From assembly GCA_965228895.1 (NCBI GenBank), contig OZ245842.1, positions 1,216,001 through 1,280,000 on the forward strand: 64,000 nucleotides of DNA. Reading direction: 5' to 3'. The DNA comes from Alphaproteobacteria bacterium (GTDB lineage: Bacteria > Pseudomonadota > Alphaproteobacteria > SP197). How positions within the stretch are numbered: position 1 is the stretch's first letter; every line of letters starts with the position of its first letter. This document shows positions 12,483 through 19,873 of the stretch, in pieces. The notes beneath the pieces were generated by a model that was not told the DNA's origin, made no database searches, and worked only from the letters and a program-made list of their open reading frames with translations. Both the position numbers and the translations under genes were made by a program.

Positions 12483-12511
12483 ATATATCATCGTGATACA
12501 TCCGAATTCAA
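12483..12511 (-). promoter_or_regulatory. Putative TA promoter with palindromic operator
   Basis: Minus strand TTGAAT-N17-ATATAT. The TATCA-N3-TGATA palindrome (12486-12498) overlaps the spacer and -10, just upstream of the toxin ATG. Confidence 0.55.
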
Positions 12512-12724
12512 TGCCCAATACGATATTTTTACCTCTTTCGGATAGTGCCGTCGCCGACCATCGGGGGAATTCCTGTTATGCCTCGACGACAGAAAAACGG
12601 AAGTATGCTCTGTATTATCGTTCTGATTCAGCTAGTTAAAGGAGTGGCCAGCACCCACTCGAATTCTTACTACTCCTTTTGGATACCCTATCTACTCGTA
12701 CCAAAGAGGCCTTTCACTATCCGA

Positions 12725-12961
12725 AGGTAGTACACCTAGATTGGCCGGTATGAAGAGACGGCGGCGAGGAGAAGGAACCGTACCTCGCCGCCGCCCTTGG
12801 TCCGGTCCTGGCGACCGAACCACGCCGGTGTCGTCAACAGCCCGGCGCATTGAATAGGGGGCGCGGCGGGCGTCTCCATGGCAGGTGCAACGCCCGCCGC
12901 CGATAGCGCGCCTCTGTCCAGCCGCGCCATCGCCGCACCGGCCAATGCTCAAAACCGGTGC
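12725..12961. other. Non-coding block of consecutive hairpins (candidate structured RNA or DNA site)
   Basis: Perfect 11-bp stems at 12759-12769/12783-12793 and 12863-12873/12890-12900, plus stems at 12798-12822, 12823-12847 and 12935-12961. Confidence 0.55.
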
Positions 12962-12985
12962 CGCCGCTGCCACGCAGGGGGCTCA

Positions 12986-13654
12986 TCAGGCAGCGTTCTG
13001 AAGATCGTTCTCATCTTTCGCATCGGCTTCGGCGACCGCCGCGTCGGTCAATCTCTGAGGCCAGTCGCCGACGAGTGGGACGTTCGGGTGTCGCTTGAAG
13101 CGGAGCGCGGTCAAACCTCTGTCGCGTTCCTCGAGCGTGATGAGGTCGGGGCGCTCGAGCAGATCGGCGGCGCACCACGACTTCTGCATTTCGACGAACA
13201 GGTCGACCCGCTCGAGGCGCAACCGCCGTTCCTCGGCTTCCTTCTTGTCGAAATCGGCCAGCGACGTAGCGCCGAACTTTTCCGGGACCCGTTGGGCGAC
13301 ACGCCTACAGGCGATGGCGAAAAGAATCATCGGCGTTGCCGATAGCGCCGCCAGATCCTGCCGCGCGTCATCGTGGCAGTAGAAGCCGACACGATCCCAC
13401 GGCCGGCGCGCGTGCTCGAGACGGCCTTCGATGTCGCGCTCGGCCATCCGCAACGCTGATGCGGCGTCACGGAATTGGCCGCCGTCGATTGCCTCCTCGA
13501 CGGCATCGATCGTCGCCTCGTCAGTGCCGGCGTTGCTGATCGCCTCGACGACGAACGATTGCGCGTCAAGCCGGAGATCGCCCTTCGCTTCGAGTTCCCG
13601 AATGGCGCGCGCGTTCGCGACGGCCCGATCGAGAATCTTGTCGAGCCGGGTCAT
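12986..13654 (-). CDS. Hypothetical alpha-helical protein, last gene of the terminase operon
   Basis: 222-aa ORF coupled to the upstream gene by an ATGA overlap. Confidence 0.75.
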   Translation of the reverse strand: MTRLDKILDRAVANARAIRELEAKGDLRLDAQSFVVEAISNAGTDEATIDAVEEAIDGGQFRDAASALRMAERDIEGRLEHARRPWDRVGFYCHDDARQDLAALSATPMILFAIACRRVAQRVPEKFGATSLADFDKKEAEERRLRLERVDLFVEMQKSWCAADLLERPDLITLEERDRGLTALRFKRHPNVPLVGDWPQRLTDAAVAEADAKDENDLQNAA

Positions 13655-13860
13655 GCTGCACTCACTTCGCGTCGGACCTGGATGTCGAACATTTCGCAGA
13701 TCTCGCAGAATGCATCCATTGAGATCACCTCTTTGCGGAGCAGTCGGTCGTGCACGCGGGCGAGTACAGATCGGACCTTCGCCTCGTCATGCCGGTCGAA
13801 CGTGACGAGTTTGCCGTCTTTGACGCACGCCCACGCATAGACATACTTGTTCCTGTTCAT
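13651..13860 (-). CDS. Small hypothetical protein
   Basis: 69 aa; ATGA overlaps at both ends (13857-13860, 13651-13654); contains CxxC (CEIC). Confidence 0.65.
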   Translation of the reverse strand: MNRNKYVYAWACVKDGKLVTFDRHDEAKVRSVLARVHDRLLRKEVISMDAFCEICEMFDIQVRREVSAA

Positions 13861-14339
13861 GCGGCCCTCGAATGCCCGATGTTGACCGCCGCCGCCTCGG
13901 CCAGCGCACGATTCTCTGCCAAGTTGACGATCCGAGCCATGGCCTCATCAAGGCTGATGAGATGCGTCCGATGCTCAACCTCGGCCATCGCCCAGAGCAA
14001 CTGCATTGCGTGCTTGCGGTCCACCTTGTTGGCGGCGTTCTGCGACGCGGAACGAAGATTGATCCTCTTGTGGCTGAGGCGGTTAGGTGCCGACTTGGTC
14101 CTCAGCGTCGCTTTGAAAACTTCCGCCGCCTCAAAGCCGTCTTGGCTGTTGCGGACTACTGTCGACCCGCTGCTGCGCTCATTGTACCGCTCGACCTTGT
14201 CTCGGTTGGCGGGGTTTCGCGTAACAGCCGCCATCGCCTGGCTATACGAAGTGCCGGGGTGCCGGTCGATGTAGGCCCGGATCTCGTCATCGAGATCCTG
14301 GCCTTTGAAGTTGACGAACGTTGCGTTTGTGTAGCTCAT
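13857..14339 (-). CDS. Hypothetical protein with scaffold-like capsid-binding motifs (inferred)
   Basis: Strong GGAGG RBS; EIRAYIDRHPGTSYSQAMAAV and AEVEHRTHLISLDEAMARIV resemble C-terminal helices of phage scaffold/protease proteins. Confidence 0.65.
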   Translation of the reverse strand: MSYTNATFVNFKGQDLDDEIRAYIDRHPGTSYSQAMAAVTRNPANRDKVERYNERSSGSTVVRNSQDGFEAAEVFKATLRTKSAPNRLSHKRINLRSASQNAANKVDRKHAMQLLWAMAEVEHRTHLISLDEAMARIVNLAENRALAEAAAVNIGHSRAA

Positions 14340-14395
14340 CGGTCTGTCCTCCGTTGAGCGTTGTCAGGTCTCGCCCCTTATGCGGGGCGGCTAGG

Positions 14396-15901
14396 TCACG
14401 GATCCCACGGGTCGCCGCCAAATCTCCCTTCGGCGATCGCGTCAAATGATGATGGAGGTCGCGGCGATACAATCTGCGCTCGATCGAGTTCCCACGGCTC
14501 GCTTGCTGATTTCAGTTCGCCCGCGATGACGACGTTCTCAAAGTCAATGCCGGATGAACGACCGCTCCGGAAAACGAGGTCGATCGCGCCGCTGGCGGCA
14601 TTGCACCGGTCGTCGTGTTCACCTGCCAAGTGGTCGACCTTCTGCCCTCGCCACGTCAGCCCCAAGAACTCTTCAATCAGTTCAGGCTGGTCAAGTAGTT
14701 CAATCTGCCCGGCGTTGAACAGCGGTTCGACGCTCTCATAGAGCATCGACTTCGTCTTGGTGCTCGGACGGTATGTTACGCCGAACTCTGTGAAAGCTAC
14801 CTTGAAGGTCTCGCCTCCAAACCTGTCACCGACGACCGAATACAGTTCGTACTCGTTCAGGAGACTGGCGAACTTCCGGACCGCGGATGTCGGGTCAAAC
14901 GGCGGCCGGCCCGATTGTGTTTCGCAAAGGTCGAGAACGGCACGACCGGTGTTTTCGTCGAAGTGGGCGACGGCAAGCGCAGCACTGTCATTTGAGCCGC
15001 CGCTCATGTCGACGAAAGCCCTGTGGCGCACGCCCTCTCGTTGTGGCAGACGCTTGCGTCCGGACACGACAGAATCAAGGACGGTGGTCGCGTCGAGGAA
15101 GGCACCATCCGGCTGACCACCCTCGTTCAGGTGCAACCGACGAAACTTGTGGGACGGCAACCTGCGGCGCTGCTGTTCGATGTACCGCTCTGTGACGATG
15201 GGACTCGGATTGGCCCGCCGCCATGGCTCGATGTCATCACCTGCGAAGTCAGGGTTGCTCGTGAAGCTGCTCGAGTACCATGCGAAGTAGAACCGCTCGT
15301 CGTCGCCGCGCTTGCCCGCCTCGATCAGGTCATGCAAGGGAATACCCGAGCGACTTACCATGGGCGCGTAGCTCGCGAACAGTTCCATCATGTCAGGACG
15401 TGAGGGGTCGCGCGCCATTCCTTCGAGCACAGAGTAGTCACGCCAACCATGGCATTCGTCGTACGCGTTGGTGTGGCTCGATTTGCCGTGCATTCCAATC
15501 GTGTCTTGTCCGGGCAGGACCGAGAGCAAACCCGCACCATCTCGACGCTCGATTTCCTTCTTGCGCACGACAAGCTCACGTTTCAGGACCGGATTCACCG
15601 CGATGATGCGCTTCAAGAGCTTGAGGTCGTCGCCGGCCTGCTGTTCGTCGTTGGCGATGATGAAGCTGTCGACACCTTGCGGCGGCACTGGCGTTGCGAG
15701 GAACCGGTACAACATGCCCAGCACGATGAAAGTGCTTTTGAAGTTCTTTTTGCCGCTACCGTACAGCACGCGGTCAAACCGTCCCGACAGCGCCTCACTC
15801 AGATGGTGCAGGACGTGCGGCGGCAGTGCGTCGGGCAGTGGATTCTGGTCGAGCCATCGCAGCCAGGAGAAGAACGTGAGAGGGTCGACCGTGCTCGTCA
15901 T
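14396..15901 (-). CDS. Phage terminase large subunit
   Basis: Walker A-like GSGKKNFKST, IIANDEQQA, Walker B-like NAYDE, FRRLHLNE; RNase H-like nuclease VDMSGGSNDS, VVGDRFG, DHLAGEHDDRCNA; ATG overlaps the terS stop. Confidence 0.85.
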   Translation of the reverse strand: MTSTVDPLTFFSWLRWLDQNPLPDALPPHVLHHLSEALSGRFDRVLYGSGKKNFKSTFIVLGMLYRFLATPVPPQGVDSFIIANDEQQAGDDLKLLKRIIAVNPVLKRELVVRKKEIERRDGAGLLSVLPGQDTIGMHGKSSHTNAYDECHGWRDYSVLEGMARDPSRPDMMELFASYAPMVSRSGIPLHDLIEAGKRGDDERFYFAWYSSSFTSNPDFAGDDIEPWRRANPSPIVTERYIEQQRRRLPSHKFRRLHLNEGGQPDGAFLDATTVLDSVVSGRKRLPQREGVRHRAFVDMSGGSNDSAALAVAHFDENTGRAVLDLCETQSGRPPFDPTSAVRKFASLLNEYELYSVVGDRFGGETFKVAFTEFGVTYRPSTKTKSMLYESVEPLFNAGQIELLDQPELIEEFLGLTWRGQKVDHLAGEHDDRCNAASGAIDLVFRSGRSSGIDFENVVIAGELKSASEPWELDRAQIVSPRPPSSFDAIAEGRFGGDPWDP

Positions 15902-16296
15902 GCTGCCTTGTCTCCACCCGCGGCGATCAAGTCGGCCAAGGTGGGCTCGACGGTCCGAGGAATGCGGCGCAAACCCAAACGGCTCAGCACTCTGCACTGA
16001 ATCGAAACTAATGCGCACAGGTTCGGGATATCGACGGGCCGTCCCTCACACACGGCAAGCTCGAGGTCGCTGCACAGCACGGACAGACTGGCAGCCCGTT
16101 TTGCTAGCTCGACCTGTGCTGTCGATGCCAGGTCGCGACCACCAAGGTCCGTGAGCACGGCGTCCAGCACTGCCGCGTAGTGCCTGCTCCGGCGAGTCCG
16201 CATGTCCAAGCTGCCGATGAACGACTCAACCTGCTCGCCAACGCTTCTGCATTCGGACTGCATCACTTTGGCATCTGCGCCGTTTTCGCCGGACAA
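15898..16296 (-). CDS. Putative terminase small subunit
   Basis: Helical 132-aa protein (LDMRTRRSR..DLGG..STAQVELAKRAA..RVLSRLGLRR) immediately upstream of and coupled to terL. Confidence 0.6.
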   Translation of the reverse strand: MSGENGADAKVMQSECRSVGEQVESFIGSLDMRTRRSRHYAAVLDAVLTDLGGRDLASTAQVELAKRAASLSVLCSDLELAVCEGRPVDIPNLCALVSIQCRVLSRLGLRRIPRTVEPTLADLIAAGGDKAA

Positions 16297-16527
16297 TTTT
16301 GCTTACTCCCGACCTGCCGCCCAAACCCGCAGTCTGTGGCGATCTCGTTATCGCAGTGTTATCGCACTTCATGCAAATCCGCATATTTCTGCGGAAAATT
16401 GCCCTAGATCCGCTGATACATTATCAGACGTTTTGCCGAATGACCAAGAGCCAACGTCCAAACAATCCCCATCTGTCGAGCCATACAGAAAATCTCGCAT
16501 GTGCAAGGACGCGGCCGTGGGCGCTCA

Positions 16528-16944
16528 TCACTTCTTTTTCTGGGAGTCAGTCGGAGGCGGCATGTACGGGCGGCCGGCTGCCTCAAGTCCCCACTGAGAC
16601 CAGCCCGGGACAGGCTCGACACGACCGACCAACACGCGACCCTTGCCGACGCCTCCCATTGGAAACTTACCGCCCATGTAGACGTTGCCAGCCTCGTCAA
16701 TGAACTGGGATTCAGCCGTCATTATCTGTGACGTGCTTCGACCTGTTGCCTCGGCCTTTCCCCTCACGGCCTCCCAGTAGCGTTTGCGGTGTTGCTCGAT
16801 ATCGGAATCGAAGTCGCGGCCACTATCTCTTGCCCGCTTGGCGCGCTGGCGACATGTGCTGGAGCAATAGACCGCATCACGCCTCTTCGGTCTGAACTTC
16901 TTCTCACACACCACGCAGGTCACGGCTCGTAACGGCTTGTTCAT
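16528..16944 (-). CDS. Zinc-finger protein (C-x2-C-x13-C-x3-C), possible regulator
   Basis: CVVCEKKFRPKRRDAVYCSSTCRQRAKR; GGAGG RBS and ATGA overlap with the upstream ORF. Confidence 0.7.
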   Translation of the reverse strand: MNKPLRAVTCVVCEKKFRPKRRDAVYCSSTCRQRAKRARDSGRDFDSDIEQHRKRYWEAVRGKAEATGRSTSQIMTAESQFIDEAGNVYMGGKFPMGGVGKGRVLVGRVEPVPGWSQWGLEAAGRPYMPPPTDSQKKK

Positions 16945-17195
16945 ATGTTGTCCTCCAATTGGGATTCGACCGTCGTCAAGTAGGCCTCGACCCGCTGCCG
17001 TAGAGGGTCGCTGGGATGCAGTCGGTCACGATTATCGACAAGGAAGCTGCGCCAGGCCTGCAGGTCGATGTTCGGATTCTCATCAAGCTGCTGTCTCAGG
17101 TCATCAATGACTGAGTCGAGGCCGCGCGACTGATTGAATGGTTGATGGTCGTTCATGAAACTGAACCACTCTTGGTAGACTACACAGTGACTCAA
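16941..17195 (-). CDS. Hypothetical protein
   Basis: 84-aa ORF (start may be ATG at 17156) between rep and the Zn-finger gene, coupled to the latter. Confidence 0.55.
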   Translation of the reverse strand: MSHCVVYQEWFSFMNDHQPFNQSRGLDSVIDDLRQQLDENPNIDLQAWRSFLVDNRDRLHPSDPLRQRVEAYLTTVESQLEDNI

Positions 17196-17317
17196 TTATT
17201 GCGTCCGTGATTTGCCCGGAAATGGCAAAACGGACGCATTCTTTGAGTCCGTGGCCTGCTTTGGTTTGGGCTTTCGGACGCAATTTTTGCGTCTGTCGGA
17301 CGCAATTTTTGAGTCCG
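17187..17317. repeat. Four 21-bp palindromic iterons (putative replication origin)
   Basis: GTGACTCA-ATTAT-TGCGTCCG (17187), CGGACGCA-TTCTT-TGAGTCCG (17231), CGGACGCA-ATTTT-TGCGTCTG (17275), CGGACGCA-ATTTT-TGAGTCCG (17297); spacing 44/44/22 bp. Confidence 0.75.
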
Positions 17318-17699
17318 TGTTCTGTTTTTGCCAACGCATGAAGTCCTTCGTCGGTTGCTCGCCGTTGACCGAGAACATGGTCAATTCGTAGAACGATGGT
17401 TCTTTGTCTTTGACGCTGAACGACGCCTTTTTCGTGCATTTGATGAAGCCGTGCGCTTCGAGACCAGCGATGCGCTTACGGGCGGTGTTGAATGCACAGT
17501 TGGTGCGTTGTGCTGCTTGCCTGGCGGTCAGAGGTATGTGCCCGTTGTTTTGCGGGTTGTAGCGAAGCATCAGTTCGACGAGGAGATCGCGCTCACCCGA
17601 ACTCAGGTCTCGATATGCCTCAGATTCCAGGAGCCACCTGTCGAGCTTGACGAACTTGTTGTTCGGGTTCCATGTCGACCGATTTCGGCGTTTGGCCAT
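17196..17699 (-). CDS. Winged-helix replication initiator-like protein
   Basis: FVKLDRWLLESEAYRDLS..LLVELMLRYN..NNGHI..TARQAAQR..NTARKRIAGLEAHGFI (HTH_36-like phage Rep pattern); iterons lie in its 3' end. Confidence 0.7.
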   Translation of the reverse strand: MAKRRNRSTWNPNNKFVKLDRWLLESEAYRDLSSGERDLLVELMLRYNPQNNGHIPLTARQAAQRTNCAFNTARKRIAGLEAHGFIKCTKKASFSVKDKEPSFYELTMFSVNGEQPTKDFMRWQKQNTDSKIASDRRKNCVRKPKPKQATDSKNASVLPFPGKSRTQ

Positions 17700-17768
17700 T
17701 GCTACGCCCGGCCGCGGGAGATAGAATCCCGCTTCGCATCTGTTGCTGAATCGTCATCGATTCGAGAG

Positions 17769-17798
17769 GGGCTGCCACCGGCTAGGGCAGCCCTTTTT
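17769..17798 (+). terminator. Rho-independent terminator on the strand opposite the element operon
   Basis: GGGCTGCC-N9-GGCAGCCC followed by TTTTT. Confidence 0.55.
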
Positions 17799-17884
17799 GC
17801 ATCTTGCATCCGGCATCACCGCACCTTTGGGTTTGGCTTGTCTCGGCACGCGCGAACAGCGCGGCCGGCAGGTCGGCGCAACGA

Positions 17885-18100
17885 TCACGCCGCTTCGGTC
17901 TCTTGGGCGCGCTTCTTGAGCAGTTCGATATAGCGAAGGCATTCGGAAATCGGCGTCCTGAGCGCATTGCCGATGAGAACCGGTTGCGGATAGTCCGGAT
18001 CTGTCCGGCGAAGTCGCCAATCGGTCGTCGTGCTGATTCCGAACAGCCGGCACTTCTCACGGTTCGAAAGCATCCGCTGTTCGTCGATTGTGTTTTCCAC
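17885..18100 (-). CDS. AlpA/excisionase-like DNA-binding protein
   Basis: RMLSNREKCRLFGISTTTDWRLRRTDPDYPQPVLIG matches the AlpA pattern; GTG start after AAAGGA. Confidence 0.75.
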   Translation of the reverse strand: MENTIDEQRMLSNREKCRLFGISTTTDWRLRRTDPDYPQPVLIGNALRTPISECLRYIELLKKRAQETEAA

Positions 18101-18157
18101 AGTGCCTGTCCTTTCAAGGTGTTGCTTCCCCTTAAAAGCGTGGCAGAATCTGCGGCC

Positions 18158-18451
18158 ATGGGAAGTCGCTCTGACACGTCGGGAAAACTGCCGTTTTCGA
18201 TCGATGCGGACAAAGTTGTCCACGTCGTCAATCGCGTGTTCGACGTGTCGAGCAGGCACGTGCAGCGCATCCTTGACGAACAGTCAAAGGGCGAACGCGC
18301 GCCCGTGTTTCACGTGCAAGATGGGACGACTCAGGCCAATAGCATTGTCGGCGACTGGTTTGCCTATTCGCGCCAGACCGTCGCCAGGACCGCCGAGCGT
18401 CGAGAGACGTTCGCCCAAAACTACGGCGGTCAGACCATCAAGCTCATCTGA
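18158..18451 (+). CDS. Possible small divergent regulator (uncertain)
   Basis: 97-aa ORF filling the int-alpA gap, divergent from alpA; VNRVFDVSSRHVQRIL resembles an HTH recognition helix. Confidence 0.3.
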   Translation: MGSRSDTSGKLPFSIDADKVVHVVNRVFDVSSRHVQRILDEQSKGERAPVFHVQDGTTQANSIVGDWFAYSRQTVARTAERRETFAQNYGGQTIKLI

Positions 18452-19673
18452 GTTTCCGGACACCCTCTGGCGCGACGATGCGCTCGAGCGAATCGGCCCA
18501 AATCTCAATCGCTGACGCGAGTTCACTGCGATAATCGAAATGGTCATATTGCGCGCCGCTGCCTCTGGCGGGCGCATGGTCGAGTAGCATGTCGCGCAAA
18601 TGTGGCTGGACGCCAAGAGCGGCGAGGCGGGTCTCGACGGTATGCCGGATTGCATGAAAATGAAAATCCGCGATGCCTGACTTTTCGATGATCAGACGTT
18701 GCAGTGACGAGCCGGGGTCGAGCGGCTTGGCCTTGTGCCTGCCGACGAAAACGTAGCCGTTGCCCTCGCGGCGCGTCAGTCCCGCGATGACCCTCTGCGC
18801 CAGCGGCGGCAGCGTCGTCGTGTGCGTCCGCTTGTTCGGCGCGGTGTCACCGGTGGGCGTCCACACGCCGTCGTCGACGTCATCCCATCGCATCGAGGCC
18901 AGCGCACCCTTGCGCTTGCCGAGCAGAATTAGCGTTTTGAGGAATGCCGACTTGTACTTGTCGAGGTCGCTGCCTTCCGCGAGTTCGTCGGCAACACGCC
19001 AAAGAACCTGCAGTTCGCCATCGGTGAAAACTCTCGCGCGCGGACGCTCGCCGTCGAAGGGTCGCAGAACAGTTGTCATCGGGTCGACGAGAACCTTGTC
19101 GCGACTGAGACACCATCGAAAGAAAACGCGATAGGCGCTCCAAGCACGATTGGCCGCGTAGCCTTTGCCCTCGGCCATAAGGCCGTCGAGAACGGTGAGA
19201 ACATCGCGCTTGGTGATGGCACCGACCGGACGGTTCAACCACTTCTTCTGACGTTTGAGGATGCGGTCGGATTCTGCCCAAGTCCGATTGTTCTTCTTTG
19301 CCTTGGCGAACTTCTCGATGAAATCGTCGACCGCATCCTCGAAGGTTTCGCTCTGCGCCTTCTTGGCAATCTCGACTTCAGCCGGGTCTAGTTTCTGGAC
19401 CCGTACCATTCTGTAGATTTCATCAGCCTTGTCTCGCGCGGCACGGATCGGCACTGACGGAAACCTGCCCAGCCCCTTGGCGACAAGCCGGGTAGTCACG
19501 GGACTGCGATACCAGATCACCCAACTCTTGACGCCTGACGGGCTGATCCGAAGTGCAAAGCCTGGCGTCGCGGCCGGCGAGTCCTCGTAGTACACAGCCG
19601 GTTCCTTCAACGCGCGAAGAGTGCGATCGGTAAACTTCACCCTGGGGCTTGGTTCTCTCTTCTTTCGTGCCAT
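18444..19673 (-). CDS. Tyrosine integrase (P4-like, N-terminal arm-binding domain)
   Basis: N-terminal GFALRISPSGVKSW..LGRFP (DUF4102-like); catalytic R (LGKRKG), HAIRHT, LDH and Y; GGAG RBS; adjacent to attR. Confidence 0.93.
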   Translation of the reverse strand: MARKKREPSPRVKFTDRTLRALKEPAVYYEDSPAATPGFALRISPSGVKSWVIWYRSPVTTRLVAKGLGRFPSVPIRAARDKADEIYRMVRVQKLDPAEVEIAKKAQSETFEDAVDDFIEKFAKAKKNNRTWAESDRILKRQKKWLNRPVGAITKRDVLTVLDGLMAEGKGYAANRAWSAYRVFFRWCLSRDKVLVDPMTTVLRPFDGERPRARVFTDGELQVLWRVADELAEGSDLDKYKSAFLKTLILLGKRKGALASMRWDDVDDGVWTPTGDTAPNKRTHTTTLPPLAQRVIAGLTRREGNGYVFVGRHKAKPLDPGSSLQRLIIEKSGIADFHFHAIRHTVETRLAALGVQPHLRDMLLDHAPARGSGAQYDHFDYRSELASAIEIWADSLERIVAPEGVRKLR

Positions 19674-19685
19674 CAGGCGGTCTCC

Positions 19686-19705
19686 AAGATAACACCGAAA
19701 TAACA
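19686..19705 (+). promoter_or_regulatory. Putative integrase arm-type binding site (right arm)
   Basis: AAGATAACACCGAAATAACA, matches 10250-10269. Confidence 0.65.
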
Positions 19706-19824
19706 GAATGACGAAATTAGGGGAAAAACGGTGAAACAGATTGAACCGCAGAATCCCAAGGGTTTCAAGGGCTATTGGTGTTCTATGCGTTTCAGGTGAT
19801 TGCGCAGAATTGCGCGGTCGTCTC

Positions 19825-19873
19825 ACTCTTAATCAGCGGGTCACAGGTTCGAATCCTGTACGGCCCACCAATT
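19825..19873 (+). repeat. attR core (duplicated tRNA-Lys 3' half)
   Basis: Identical 49-bp copy of 10138-10186; lacks the tRNA 5' half. Confidence 0.95.

Noticed and set aside
17187-17317. Mini-CRISPR (palindromic repeats with ~23-bp gaps)
   Set aside because: The repeats are degenerate, two are adjacent with a 1-bp gap, they lie inside a rep-like gene and no cas genes are linked; iterons fit better.
19674-19826. N-terminal extension of the integrase ORF
   Set aside because: It overlaps the arm site and att region; RBS and domain start support ATG at 19673.
19825-19870. Second tRNA-Lys gene
   Set aside because: Only the 3' half is present (no acceptor 5' strand or D-arm); it is the attR duplication.
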